Shown: in pieces, positions 21,400-32,343 of the stretch
Numbering within the stretch: position 1 is the stretch's first letter
How the letters are laid out: every line of letters starts with the position of its first letter
Notes under the pieces: generated by a model
What the model was told of the DNA's origin: nothing
The model's database searches: none
What the model saw: the letters and a program-made list of their open reading frames with translations, nothing else
Origin: a virus
Taxonomy: Duplodnaviria; Caudoviricetes
Reading direction: 5' to 3' (one strand)
Virus record (IMG/VR): IMGVR_UViG_3300049794_000047
DNA: 64,000 nucleotides
Program-made: the position numbers and the translations under genes

Positions 21400-21949
21400 T
21401 TACGGTACCGCCAGAAGGACTGGCGTGCGTACGACGCGAGCCAGGTCCACGAGAAGGAGTACGTCGAGCGCCTGCTCCGCGCGCTGTGCGCGGGCGTCCC
21501 GCAGCCGGCGAGGACGCCCGGTCCCGGGCGCCGGCCGCTGGCGATCGGCGACGAGGTGTTCTCGGCGGTGATGAAGATCTACACGCGGCTGCCGTGCCGC
21601 CGCGTGGAGTCGGACCTCCGCGACGCCGCCACCCGCGGCCACCTGGGCAGGGGTGGCGCACTACACCTCGCTGCAGAAGTTCCTGGCCGACCCAGCGACG
21701 ACGGGGATCCTGACCACGCTCGTCGAGCAGTCCGCGGCGCCGCTGCAGGTGATCGAGGCAGGGCAGTACGCGATCGACTCGACGGGCTTCTCGACGGCGG
21801 TCTACGTCACGCTGAGCCCCAGCGCGCCAGCGATACTCGAGACGCTCAGGGCCTGGGCAGCTGGTCATTTCGAGCCCAACGAAGTTGTTCGCCCGCAATT
21901 CATCGCATCGACACTCCTGCATGCGGAAGTCTGGAAACGAGGTGCGTGA
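21400..21949 (+). pseudogene. Truncated, frameshifted paralog of the 37324..38631 transposase
   Basis: YRQKDWRAYDASQVHEKEYVERLLRALCAG...VFSAVMKIYT, then after a frameshift TLVEQSAAPL...IDSTGFST. Lacks the SWIM domain and the rest of the DDE domain. Confidence 0.8.
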
Positions 21950-22147
21950 AAGCGCGGGCCGCGGCCCGCGCTTGTCGCCAACGCGCTCAAGCAGCGAGAT
22001 CGCAAGGCTGAGCGAAATCTCGCGGCGTTGCCTCGGAACCAGATCATCCGGCTGCCAGATCCCGGGACCAAGGTAACGAAATTGGAGCCGTGCCGCCGTT
22101 TCGTACCTGACGTGATAGAATCGAGCGAATCAAGTTCTGGAGATCCC

Positions 22148-23383
22148 ATGATCAATCGCCTCGGACTCTACCGACCCCTCCGCCTCCCGCTGCCGATGTC
22201 GAACGGGTTTAACATCCTGCCGACGCAGACGGCACAGATCACCGTCCATCCACAGACGAGCAAGTTCTACCCGGAGCGCCTCCTGATCAAGGAGGCCGCT
22301 CACTGGAAGATCGACGCGATCCGCGTCGGGGATCGAGACAGTGCCCTCGTCCAGAATCTCCCAGGGTCGATGTTCGCGCACGACGCACCGGGGCGCTTCC
22401 CGGGTTGCGGCGAGATCGAGATCCCGCCCGGCGGAAAGTTGATCGTCCAGACGACGTACATCGGCCCTCGCGCGACCGGGATCCCTTTCGAGGCGTGCGT
22501 GTTCGGATCCGACGATCAGACGCCGCTGCCGGTCGTGTCGACCGCTCGTCGGGGCACGGAAAAGAAGATCGCGACGGCGAGGAGCGAACGCGCGATACCT
22601 CCCAACATGTCGGTGAAGCTGCCCACGCATCCGATAAAGCACGACGCGTGGCCGAGCCGACTCGTGATTAAGGGTGCTTCTGACTGGGTCGTCAATGACG
22701 TCTGTGTAGGCGAGGTGTCGATCTTCGCACAGTCGGGGGATGTCCCAGGGAGCATGTTCTCCGAGGACGCCGAGTCCGAGTCCGCGATCTGTCTGGGGCG
22801 TCTGGCCGCCGGGGACAAGTTCTCGGTCGTCGCGACGTACGTCGGGACCGCGTCCGACGCTGAGTTCGTGTACGAACTCTACGGGACCCTCGCTGAATCC
22901 GAGGCTGCCGACCTTCCAATCGCAGTGATCTTGCCGATGACTACGGGGGTGAACATCCCGACGAATACGTTGGCGCAGCTGACGGGCCGATGCGAGATCG
23001 GTCCCCGCCGGGGCTTCGTGGCCGAGCGAATTGTCGTCGAGGGCGCGGCTGACTGGGTCTTCAACGACATCCAGATTGGACGAGCCTCGCAGTTCGCAGA
23101 ATCCGGGGACGTCCCTGGCCTGGCATTCAGTCCCGGGACCCTGGGAGGCCAGGTGTCGTTCGACGTCGCACGGCCCAGGATCAACGTCGTCATCAAAACG
23201 ACGTATATCGGACCTCGCGAGAGCGGGGATTCCTTCGTCTGCGGGATCCTGGGCAGCATCGTCGACCTGACCGAGGCCGATCCGCCGCTCCCACGCGGCC
23301 GGATCCTGTTGGTCCGCGATCTTCGAGGCGCGACTGGCCGCGAGGTCAACGCCAGATGCCGGCCGGTGCAGGACCACGAATAG
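22148..23383 (+). CDS. Protein with three internal repeats of a beta-rich domain
   Basis: Three copies of (H/D)W.(I/V/F)(D/N)..(V/I)G..S......PG.(M/A)F...TY(I/V)G. Confidence 0.65.
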   Translation: MINRLGLYRPLRLPLPMSNGFNILPTQTAQITVHPQTSKFYPERLLIKEAAHWKIDAIRVGDRDSALVQNLPGSMFAHDAPGRFPGCGEIEIPPGGKLIVQTTYIGPRATGIPFEACVFGSDDQTPLPVVSTARRGTEKKIATARSERAIPPNMSVKLPTHPIKHDAWPSRLVIKGASDWVVNDVCVGEVSIFAQSGDVPGSMFSEDAESESAICLGRLAAGDKFSVVATYVGTASDAEFVYELYGTLAESEAADLPIAVILPMTTGVNIPTNTLAQLTGRCEIGPRRGFVAERIVVEGAADWVFNDIQIGRASQFAESGDVPGLAFSPGTLGGQVSFDVARPRINVVIKTTYIGPRESGDSFVCGILGSIVDLTEADPPLPRGRILLVRDLRGATGREVNARCRPVQDHE

Positions 23384-23875
23384 CAATGGTCAAGACGACT
23401 AAGAAGACGCCCCTCAGCGCGGCGCGTCCGCCCTCATGGATCCATCTCATCTGGACCGTGGGTGACACCGCGCGGCGGCAGGTTCTTCGGTGGCGCTACC
23501 AACTGACGTGGGGTCCCGAGGGCGCTCCGCGGTTCCAGATCTCCGACGACCTCCAGGCAGACCTGGGCCGAGGTGCACGAGTCGATGACCTCTACGCAGC
23601 GCTTTCGACACAGGCCGCGGCGCATCTGAGGGGCGCCGCGTACGACCTGCGCGGGAGCGCTCCCTGCGTTTGGGAGCTTCGACCCGGTCCCAGGCCGCGG
23701 TATGGAGCGCGGACCAAGCCTCGCACGCTGCGCGCGACCGACGAGCAGGTCGCGCGCTGGACCGCTGCTGCTGGAGACCGGCCGTGGAGCAGTTGGGCCG
23801 TCGACCAACTCGATATAGTCGCTCAAACACGTCCCGTACTGCGCAGGCATCGTCGCCACGCTCAGGGGTGATGCC

Positions 23876-24658
23876 TTGGCAACGAGGTGCGTCTTTCTGC
23901 CGCTGTCGAGCTACGTCGACGTCCGCCGAGCGACGCGGACCGAAGTCTTCGGATGGACGCACCGACCGGACGAGATGGCTGTCGTCCCCTGGTCGGGTCG
24001 TGCGACGCAGATCGAAGAGGTCGAGTGTATCGAGATCATCGACCTGGTCGTCCAGGACGCGGCCGACTGGATCGTCTCCGGCTTCCTGATCGACGGGGCG
24101 TCTCGGCACATCGACCCGGGCGTCATCGAGGCGTTCGCGGCGCGCCTGCGCTCGCGCGCCGAGGCTCGCGGACCGATTCGTGTCCCGCGGCACGGCCAGG
24201 TGGGGCTGTCCGGCGTCGTATACGCCGGGCGACGGGCATCTGCGAAGTTCTACAGCTGCGCGCTCGGCCGCGTCGTCGACACCCAGGGGTCCGCGAGCCC
24301 GTTTGCCGCGTGGGACGGCGACAAGGTGACACTCCCCGTGGACAGCGAGGGTTGGCGGGGACGACGCGGCGCGGGTGTGTCCCTCACCCATCATGTCACC
24401 GGGGCGCCTGTCCTCGTCCGATCGCTCGTCATCCAGGACCCGCACGACTGGATCGTCAACGACCTCCGGATTGACGGCCGGTCCCAGCTGCTCTACCCGG
24501 GAGACCTCCCCAGCGAGGCCCTCCAAGCACCGGAACGCCTGGGCATGCACCTGGACGTCGCGCACCGAGAGGTCGAGATCCTGGTCAGCTACGATGGCGA
24601 GCAAGAGCTTGGACCGGAACTCAGGTGCGCACTTGTCGGCTGCCCCCTGAACAACTAG
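23876..24658 (+). CDS. Paralog with two copies of the same beta-rich domain
   Basis: QDAADWIVSGFLIDG and QDPHDWIVNDLRIDGRSQLLYPGDLP. Confidence 0.6.
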   Translation: MATRCVFLPLSSYVDVRRATRTEVFGWTHRPDEMAVVPWSGRATQIEEVECIEIIDLVVQDAADWIVSGFLIDGASRHIDPGVIEAFAARLRSRAEARGPIRVPRHGQVGLSGVVYAGRRASAKFYSCALGRVVDTQGSASPFAAWDGDKVTLPVDSEGWRGRRGAGVSLTHHVTGAPVLVRSLVIQDPHDWIVNDLRIDGRSQLLYPGDLPSEALQAPERLGMHLDVAHREVEILVSYDGEQELGPELRCALVGCPLNN

Positions 24659-25107
24659 GGGCTTGGGGGCCTGGGACCTTCATGCCCTCAAGCAGATCGC
24701 AGGGCGGATCGGAATCCTGCGGTGGAAGCGTCTGAACGGTGACGAGGGAGCGCGGCTCGAAGCGCAACTCGACGGGAGTGCCACCGCTGCCGATGTAGCC
24801 ATTCACACGCTCGGCGACGCCCAGAAGAGCGCCCGCGCGACGGAGCCGCGCCATGAAGGGCTCCTCGCTCGTGTACTCGGACCGGCGGTGGAGCTGGTAC
24901 CCGTACCCCTGGCAGATCTGCCGGACGCGCTCGACGGAGAGGTCAGCCGCGCGCCCGATCTCCGCGTAGCTCGCGCCCGCCTCACGGAGCATCCAGAACA
25001 TCGCCGCCCGGCGCCGCGCGTCCGCCGCACTCCGCTCCCTGGCGCGCTCCGCCGCGCGGCGTTCCCTGGCCCGCGCCGCTCTCCTGGCCTTCGTCTTCAT
25101 CGACGCG

Positions 25108-25614
25108 CTACCTCGCGATCCCTGGGCTCTCAAGCCGAAAAATATTCAGAAAGCGGCGGCTGCCTGAATAACAATTCGCGGCAAACTGTGAAAAATCTCC
25201 AAAGCCGCGGACGACCGTCGCTGTCCGATCCGTCGGGATCTGCTCCGCTCCTAGGGTTGCCCGCGCCAGGCAGATCCCCGCCATTCCTCCGGCCTCCCCG
25301 AAGACCCGGTCGTGGCCGGCTATCTTGTGCCGGAGGAAGTGGAGCACGTGACGCGCGGAGTCCCGCTCGCGGATCAGTTGCAAGATCGCAAACGGGTGTG
25401 CCGCGACGATGTAGTCGAGCACGTCGGGCGCCGCTTGCAGGTCGGGGTGCCCGTCAGGCCGCTGTGTGACCGCACACAGGACGTCGCCGTCACCGCGATC
25501 TGTGCCGATGCGCCGGAACGAGTTGGAGGTCTGGATGCTCCACGGACGACGCAGGTTTCCCCGGGTGACGGAGAGCGCGAGCGCGCGGAGCTTCTCGGAG
25601 GGGTCGATCGTCAT
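25108..25614 (-). CDS. Ead/Ea22-like phage protein
   Basis: YIVAAHPFAILQLI resembles the Ea22-type IAAANP..VL.L motif. Confidence 0.45.
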   Translation of the reverse strand: MTIDPSEKLRALALSVTRGNLRRPWSIQTSNSFRRIGTDRGDGDVLCAVTQRPDGHPDLQAAPDVLDYIVAAHPFAILQLIRERDSARHVLHFLRHKIAGHDRVFGEAGGMAGICLARATLGAEQIPTDRTATVVRGFGDFSQFAANCYSGSRRFLNIFRLESPGIAR

Positions 25615-26434
25615 CTTGTTTCTTTTCTTCTGGGTTTTTCTCGAGTTACCGGGGACAGATAGGTCCTCGACCCTCCTCGACCTGTCGACCAGTGCGGATC
25701 GTCGTCTGAGATCTGGAACTCCAGTCCCGCCTCATCTTGACTCGATGCTGTTTCTTGATCTGGGTTCTCCTGCATGTTCGTCTCCTTAGGTTTCAGCTTT
25801 TCAGTTCACGACCCACGAGTTACCGACGAGCTCTCCCTGATCCAGGAGTCCGTCCTTGGGTTTGACGACGGATCCCGGAGAGCGGCTCCACGCCACGGCC
25901 TGGATCAGCGACCTGCTGTACTGCATGTCGACGTTGAAAGACACTCCGGACTTCAGGATGACCCTGCAGACGGGAGCATGCACTCCTGGCTCGATGATGC
26001 AGATCACCGTGGAGACATCCTGCAGGTCGATCACGCAACCATCCACCAGGAAGATCGCCGGTTTGGGTAGCTCGCTCATCGCCGAGACCACGTAGCTTCA
26101 GGGGTCTCTCCATACTGGAGCAGCCACCACGCGCGAGCCACCTGATCCGGGTCGTCGTTCGGGCGAACGACGACAGCGTGATCGATGCACCGGAAGGCCA
26201 CAGGACGGTCGGCTCGCCGAGCGAGCTCCGCAGCCTCCGTCGCCGCGTAGAACACGTCGAACGATCCACCGATGAACGCCCGGACGGCACCCTCGGGCGC
26301 ACCATCGATCGGGCCAAGCTGGTCGTTCCATGGGTGGAGTGCGTACCCAATGCTGACGTTGCCGCAACCTCGGCATCGGGGGCACACCTCCGTCCTCGCG
26401 GGCCGACTGTCGAACAATTCAATATCAGTCATCT

Positions 26435-26690
26435 CTATTCTCCTCTTTCGTTAAGCACGGCTTCACGTGGATGTTTCATAACAACGGTCTCCTCCTCGAC
26501 GAAGTCGTCCGGCGGCCTCGCGAGCAGGTCGTCGATCGACACGTCGGTGAGGCGCGCGACACCGTAGGCGAGCCTCGCCGTCACGGCACGCCCGCCGCGG
26601 AGCACCTTGCCGAGGCTGTCCGCCTTCACCCCGATCTCAGGAAACTTCCTTGCGAAGAGTGCCCTCCGCCTCAGCGCAGCGTCGACGAGC
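26435..26690 (-). pseudogene. XRE-type HTH protein fragment, paralog of 35931..36278
   Basis: GKVLRGGRAVTARLAYGVARLTDVSIDDLLA...PPDDFVEEETVV. 5' boundary unclear; overlaps the sensor ORF. Confidence 0.5.
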
Positions 26691-27743
26691 GTTGTCAGCG
26701 CTGTCACCCCCAGCAGGGGGACGAAGACCAAGAGCGACGAGCGCGTCATCGAGAAGGCGAATCCGGACCCAGGCCGCACGGAGACTCTGACGAAGACGAT
26801 CGAGAGAGCTCGCCATCTGACCAACCTCATCTGTCGACCTCACACGAATCTTCCGCTCAAATTCCCTGCCATCTTCCGAAGTACTCAGTTCCGTTGCCAG
26901 GCAGGAGAGCTCCGCCAGGGGCCGCATCAGGCGTTGAGTAAAGACGAGCACGATCCCAACCATCAGGAGAAGGGCTGCACCGAGCATGCGGCCAAGCGAC
27001 CAGGCCAGAGCAACCGCCTGCACTCGGACATGGTCCTTCACGACACCCACACGAAAGGCACCGAAGTGCTTGCCCTTGATGAAGATGGGGGCCGCAACGT
27101 CCCAGATCTGCTCTCCCGTATCACGGAGGTAGTTCTGAACGAGCGTGGGCTCGTTGCCAACGTACCCAGCCGCGGCGAGATGAAGGGACTGGTCATATTT
27201 GCGCTTGCCCCGGGACACGGCACGGTCATGCTCGAAATCTCCCGTGGGAGCCTCTGCATATTTCCTGTGCGGCGTCGCCACATAACCGCGAATGTCAATA
27301 CCACTTGCATAGATAAACGAATCGGAGCTTGCGAGGATAGCGTCCTGGACAGCCTGAATTCCATGACTATCCGTATAGTCACCGTACTTGGTACGATAGC
27401 GTTTGTTCTCGACGCAATGCGGTGGATCTCGCTCTACCCTCACAACCGCGTCATGCCCTAAAGCTGCAGGTGGACAATATGCCAGCCCAGGAAATGAGAT
27501 CTCCTCATAGGGAGGCTCGATCACGTCATCCAGGGTCAACACGCCGGCATTCACGGTCGCCTCGAGAATCGAGCTGTATGCCTGAGCACCGGAGAGTGCC
27601 GCGACACGCCCCTGATCAAGCAACAGCTCACTCACCGTATCGCGAGCTTCGAGGACGGCGAGCCATGTAGCCAGAGCCATGAGGGGCACAGCGATTACTG
27701 CCAGCAACAGGGAAATTTTGACACTCAGTCGACTCTTTAACAT
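26637..27743 (-). CDS. Two-TM sensor protein with a HAMP domain and no signalling output domain
   Basis: TM1 ISLLLAVIAVPLMALATWLAV, extracytoplasmic region ending IWDVAAPIFIKGKHFGAFRVG, TM2, then HAMP RPLAEL...DEVGQMASSLDRL. Confidence 0.75.
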   Translation of the reverse strand: MLKSRLSVKISLLLAVIAVPLMALATWLAVLEARDTVSELLLDQGRVAALSGAQAYSSILEATVNAGVLTLDDVIEPPYEEISFPGLAYCPPAALGHDAVVRVERDPPHCVENKRYRTKYGDYTDSHGIQAVQDAILASSDSFIYASGIDIRGYVATPHRKYAEAPTGDFEHDRAVSRGKRKYDQSLHLAAAGYVGNEPTLVQNYLRDTGEQIWDVAAPIFIKGKHFGAFRVGVVKDHVRVQAVALAWSLGRMLGAALLLMVGIVLVFTQRLMRPLAELSCLATELSTSEDGREFERKIRVRSTDEVGQMASSLDRLRQSLRAAWVRIRLLDDALVALGLRPPAGGDSADNARRRCAEAEGTLRKEVS

Positions 27744-28380
27744 GGGAGTGTACCTCAATCGAGTTTGAAAAAACACCTTTGGCTGATCCATTTCAGTCAA
27801 TACATACGTGCTGCAGTCAGACACTGTCAGTTTTCAATTTAGATCCTGCCGATAGACAGACTCCTGCGCCTGACACCGGCACCACGAGCCCTCAGCTTGC
27901 TCCTGACGCCGACAGATCACGAGGTTCACGAGAACCGCGTCACTCACGGCTCTCCCCACAGTTTGATCCCGCCGCGGTAGTCATCAACGCAACGTGCCGT
28001 CGCCGACGTAACCACCATCTGGAACCTCGCGTCCCCGATCGGAGCTTCGTCGAACGACAGAAATACCGGCGGGTATAACGCAAGCTCCAGGTCGTAGCTG
28101 GAGCGGCTCACCGGGTCGCGCCAGGCACCGCGATACAGCCGGATGTCGCCAGCGTAGGCCAGCGGTATCTCCGCCTCCCAGCCAGGAGCCACACCCTCAG
28201 TGACGAGCGACGCGCCGACCACACCCCACGCCAGCGCGGGGACCGTCGCGCGACAATCCAGCTGCGCAACCTGTACGAGGTCGAACCGGAGGTGCGCGCC
28301 ATCCGGCGGAGGCCAGTCGATCCTGGGCATCGAGATGGAGGTGGTGCAGGCAGTGAGAAGGAAACAGGCAGGGATGCGGA

Positions 28381-28863
28381 TCACGGCAAAGACTCCTCCA
28401 TCCGCCTTCGGCGAAAGAGCTCGCCATCCGCACGATCCTGGTCCCATTGCTGGTAAGAAAAGCCCGCTGCCTCGAGCACGGTCATGCCCGCATTGGTGGC
28501 GAGCCACTGGATCACCGACGTCGCCACATACCAGTCACGCGCGCTTGGTGTCTGTTCCTCCCTGAGGATGTCCGCGAGCAGACGATCTGGAGAGCCCCCA
28601 CTGCGGGTAACGAGTTTCATCCATGCCGTATGCATTTTCGTCTCACGGGGCCAGTGCTCACTCTGTGTACGCTCCCAGGACGCCCCGTGAAAACGCCAGT
28701 TCTTGGCAGCCTTGAGGGCAGCGATCGCCACGCAGCGTGCACATTCGCACGGATGGGGACGACTCTGCTCATCGACGTCGTCATACTCACAGGCACCCCG
28801 GTGAGCGATTCGCCAGAGGGCGTTGTCAAGGATCCTGAGACCCTGCTCCTGATCGATACTCAT
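28381..28863 (-). CDS. Hypothetical phage protein
   Basis: Co-oriented ORF; VATSVIQWLATNAG. Confidence 0.5.
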   Translation of the reverse strand: MSIDQEQGLRILDNALWRIAHRGACEYDDVDEQSRPHPCECARCVAIAALKAAKNWRFHGASWERTQSEHWPRETKMHTAWMKLVTRSGGSPDRLLADILREEQTPSARDWYVATSVIQWLATNAGMTVLEAAGFSYQQWDQDRADGELFRRRRMEESLP

Positions 28864-28867
28864 GATC

Positions 28868-29407
28868 TCAGTCCTTCCCCTCGAGCAGATCCAGAAGATC
28901 CTGTGCCCGATCACCACACAGCGAGCACGGCCCAACATGCTCGAGATGCCGGACACGTACTCCTAGACGCGTCATCACACTCTTCAAGACTTCTACCTCG
29001 ACGCTCAAGGCGTTGCGCTCAATTTGAAGTTCCTCAATACTGTCCCGCATCGTGATCCGCTCAACCTCACGGTCAAGGATCTCCCGGCCCGCGGCCTCAA
29101 ACTGATCCGCAAGAGCTGCGTGCCGGTCAATCATGCCATTGATTCCGCCCAACCTGTCGAGCTCAACAGCTGGCGTGCGGTCCTCGCCAATCACGTTAAT
29201 GAGACAGACCTTATGCTTGTCTACGACGTCCAACTCCTGAACGGCGTCAACATGTGGATCTCCGATGCCGCCCCACTTCGCTTTCGCGGCTTTGCGCGCG
29301 GCTGGAGCGTCGCCAGCAACAACGACAACCACCTCGTGGTCCTCGCCCATCCGGCCCTCGGCGACCTTGCCGCCGAGATACACGACAAACAGTTTCATTT
29401 CGTTCAT
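28868..29407 (-). CDS. DUF1543-like protein with a coiled-coil tail
   Basis: KLFVVYLGG...EDHEVVVVVA...AKAKW...HVDAV. Confidence 0.55.
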   Translation of the reverse strand: MNEMKLFVVYLGGKVAEGRMGEDHEVVVVVAGDAPAARKAAKAKWGGIGDPHVDAVQELDVVDKHKVCLINVIGEDRTPAVELDRLGGINGMIDRHAALADQFEAAGREILDREVERITMRDSIEELQIERNALSVEVEVLKSVMTRLGVRVRHLEHVGPCSLCGDRAQDLLDLLEGKD

Positions 29408-29456
29408 TTGCTCACTCTCTGGGTGCTAACCGGATAAGCTTGGAAACATCTGTCAG

Positions 29457-30206
29457 TCAATCCTTTACATCACCAGCTACTGGCTCAGTTTCAACAACAA
29501 CCCGCGCTCGACACGCTTGGATCAGCGCCGGCAGCACAATCTCTCGCAAGGCCCAATCTTCGGGCGTCTGCTCGGTGACACTGTACCCCCACGGTTCTTC
29601 CGTCACGTAATCGGTGAACCCCTCAAGCTGCAGAACACGCTCAAAAAATTGATCAGGGCTTCGGCTAAACGCATTGGCGATTTCTCCGATCGCCTTCCAT
29701 AGGCTGCGTCCGCTGTCACGAGTCAGGTAGGGAATTCTCTCCTTGTGATGTGCATCATTCCATCTCGGAGCATTAACGTAACGATAACTAAACAGGGGCA
29801 GACCATCTTTATCGTAGAGCATCCTCTCGACAGCCATCTCGTCAGGCTCGAGCCTGGCCTCTAGTTGCTCGCGTCCTTCCTCAAGTCGGCGCCTACAGAG
29901 TCGGCTGCGCAGCGCGCGAACAGTCCCCACGGCTGACCACCGCTGGCTCCCCCGCCTCTCGCGCTGGAGCTTTCGCGCGAGATAGTCGACGTCGCCGCGG
30001 CTGCCGATAAACACGGTGAGCGACGGAGCACCGAGATGCCGCGGATCCGGACTCCAGGCATACGCCCACGATCCCCAGTCGCTCTGGATAGAAAGCTCGC
30101 CAGTGGCGTCGTTGACAGTGCAATTTGCCCACCCCAGATCGCCAGGCTCTGCCTGGAACACGTAGGTGGTTGCAATCTGAGTGGAGATTAACGAGAGCGC
30201 CCTCAA
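29457..30206 (-). CDS. Hypothetical phage protein
   Basis: GELSIQSDWGSWAYAW...DYLARKL. Confidence 0.55.
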   Translation of the reverse strand: MRALSLISTQIATTYVFQAEPGDLGWANCTVNDATGELSIQSDWGSWAYAWSPDPRHLGAPSLTVFIGSRGDVDYLARKLQRERRGSQRWSAVGTVRALRSRLCRRRLEEGREQLEARLEPDEMAVERMLYDKDGLPLFSYRYVNAPRWNDAHHKERIPYLTRDSGRSLWKAIGEIANAFSRSPDQFFERVLQLEGFTDYVTEEPWGYSVTEQTPEDWALREIVLPALIQACRARVVVETEPVAGDVKD

Positions 30207-30880
30207 GGGCCCTCCACAATCGGAGTCCCGCCTAGTCCGGCAAACACACCCTCCCCCTGATCAAGTCCCTCCCACGTTCGCTCGGGTAACCAGCGGGGCC
30301 GCGGATGGCGCTGCACAAGGTTGTCCGAGGCCCTTGCATGCTCAGTCCCCGCATAAACAACAGCCTCCACCCGCTTGCGGAGATCCCAGCGGGCGACTTG
30401 CTCAAAAGAGGCTTGATAGCCAACAAGAGCGAGGAGGTCCCTCACCTCAGAGATGAGCTTGCCAGGCTCCCCAGCAGAGAGCCGCGAGATGTAGGCGACG
30501 CGGTCAGCCTCGTCCGGAGTCATCTCGATGTCCTCGGACTTACCATCCTTGGGCCGGAGCACCACCTCACAGTGCAGCGCCGTGACGAAGGGGAAGATCT
30601 CAGGCATCTCCGGCCGCTTCGTGGCGCCAAGCGCCTGCTGTGTCTCACGATAGCGCTTGACCTCACGCGCGAGCCGCACAATTACCTCCACGGTGTGGCA
30701 TTCCCCGTTGAGGGCCAACGCCAGCTCCGAATCCGTTAAATCCGACTTCTGGACAACAGCGCTCTGAACTTTACGACACCGCTTGACTTCACGCGCAAGC
30801 CAGACCCCTACCTCCACGGTATGACACTCCCCGTTGAGGGCCAGCGCAAGCTCCGAATCCGTCAAATCTGACATTTTCAT
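30203..30880 (-). CDS. Hypothetical protein with a duplicated N-terminal segment
   Basis: SDLTDSELALALNGECHTVEV occurs twice. Confidence 0.6.
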   Translation of the reverse strand: MKMSDLTDSELALALNGECHTVEVGVWLAREVKRCRKVQSAVVQKSDLTDSELALALNGECHTVEVIVRLAREVKRYRETQQALGATKRPEMPEIFPFVTALHCEVVLRPKDGKSEDIEMTPDEADRVAYISRLSAGEPGKLISEVRDLLALVGYQASFEQVARWDLRKRVEAVVYAGTEHARASDNLVQRHPRPRWLPERTWEGLDQGEGVFAGLGGTPIVEGP

Positions 30881-30888
30881 CCTCTCAG

Positions 30889-31608
30889 CTAGGCGAGATA
30901 CTTCTCGCCGACAATCTCCGCATCAGTCGCATCGTCCAGTGTGGCACGGCGCCAGACAGGAGCCACGAGCGCCTGCGTAGGCTCGCTAGCCTGCCGCCCC
31001 GACGACGAGTACGAGTACGACTGCACCGGCCCCTGCGAGGCCTGCTGTCCAACCGAGTGGGGCGAATCCTGCACCTCGGGCTTTCCAGCCGCGCGCGTTC
31101 CCCCCACAGCTGCCCGGCTACGGGCACGAGTCGCTGCCCCGCGGGCATCCGCGGCACGCTTCTTCTGGGCGGCATCGCGGGCGAGGGCGATCACCGCGCC
31201 GTTGCTGACGGCGTTGATCAGGATCAGGGCGATGAGTGCCACGGCACTGGTTGCGCCGTGCGAGACGAGCATGACGCCCTCCAGGGCACACACGAACCCC
31301 AACGCCTTGCGCGGATCCCCGAAGGCGACCTTCCCGAACTTGTAGACGCTGAGCCCAGAGAAGACACCACAGCCGACCACGACCGCGACCATCGCGATCG
31401 CCAGCGCGCGGTTGCTGGCCCAGGTATTCTGGATCTCGCCATGGGCCAACGTCCTGCCGAACCAGGGGACGAGACCGCCGATCAGGGCGCCGATCAGGGC
31501 GGCGTGGGGGTTGCGGATCGCAACCTCGAGCTGGGTCACGATGTCGGTGGTGGTGGTGCGGTCGGTCGTCCCACGGGACCGCTTGCTGCGCTTGCTGGAC
31601 TTGCTCAT
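30889..31608 (-). CDS. Multi-pass membrane protein
   Basis: About four hydrophobic segments. Confidence 0.6.
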   Translation of the reverse strand: MSKSSKRSKRSRGTTDRTTTTDIVTQLEVAIRNPHAALIGALIGGLVPWFGRTLAHGEIQNTWASNRALAIAMVAVVVGCGVFSGLSVYKFGKVAFGDPRKALGFVCALEGVMLVSHGATSAVALIALILINAVSNGAVIALARDAAQKKRAADARGAATRARSRAAVGGTRAAGKPEVQDSPHSVGQQASQGPVQSYSYSSSGRQASEPTQALVAPVWRRATLDDATDAEIVGEKYLA

Positions 31609-31675
31609 CGCAACCGAGAGGAGCAGTTCCTGTGCCGATACGGCGGCCTGCATAAGCAGGCGAAAACTGGGCCCT

Positions 31676-31744
31676 GGGTAGTCCTATACCCAGTTCGGAA
31701 GGTTTCGGTCCGTTGCCGACAGGACACGGGGTAGTTGAATACCC
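31676..31744. promoter_or_regulatory. Paired palindromes GGGTA-N6-TACCC
   Basis: Sites at 31676-31691 and 31729-31744; same arrangement as 5538-5605. Confidence 0.55.
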
Positions 31745-31922
31745 TCTCCACGCTGGACAAACAAGCCCCCTCCACGACACTCTGTTGGCAGACGTTCACG
31801 GTGACGTGTTACGTCTGCCCGAAGCCATCGAGGTGGCATGGGCATGCAGGTTGCGGATCCTCGAGTCAGCAGTCCGCTGGCCAGTCCTCCCAAGGATTGA
31901 TTGCCAGCCTATGGGATCTGAG

Positions 31923-32006
31923 TGCGCCTGGCTGGAATCGAACCAGCACGAGATTGCTCTCGACGGTACCTAAAACCGCCGCGTCTTCCAACTCCGCCAC
32001 AGGTGC
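31923..32006 (-). tRNA. tRNA-Leu(TAG)
   Basis: Cloverleaf with a long variable arm; loop TT-TAG-GT. Confidence 0.9.
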
Positions 32007-32020
32007 CTACATAGAAATTG

Positions 32021-32106
32021 TGCGACCGACAGGATTCGAACCTGCACGAGCTTTCGCCCACTAGCACCTCAAGCTAGCGTGTCTACCAGAGCTCCACCAC
32101 GGTCGC
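32021..32106 (-). tRNA. tRNA-Leu(GAG)
   Basis: CTAGC TT-GAG-GT GCTAG. Confidence 0.9.
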
Positions 32107-32111
32107 GTGCG

Positions 32112-32197
32112 TGCGGATGACAGGATTCGAACCTGCACGAGCTTTCGCCCACCGAGACCTGAACTCGGCGCGTCTACCAGAGCTCCACCACATCCGC
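32112..32197 (-). tRNA. tRNA-Leu(CAG)
   Basis: CCGAG TT-CAG-GT CTCGG. Confidence 0.9.
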
Positions 32198-32227
32198 GTA
32201 TCTAGTTTTCAAGGTGCTAACAATCAG

Positions 32228-32312
32228 TGCCAGCGGCGAGAGTCGAACTCGCACGAGCGTGAAGCCCAGTCGGGTTTAGACCGACCGCGTCTACCGTTCC
32301 AGCCACGCTGGC
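32228..32312 (-). tRNA. tRNA-Leu(TAA), C33 variant
   Basis: GTCGG TC-TAA-AC CCGAC. Confidence 0.8.
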
Positions 32313-32343
32313 TCAACGTGTGTCAGAGGGAAGTCGCTCAACG

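Noticed and set aside
32228-32312. Amber suppressor (CTA) reading of this tRNA
   Set aside because: The 5-bp stem centres TAA in a 7-nt loop, and TAA completes the Leu set.
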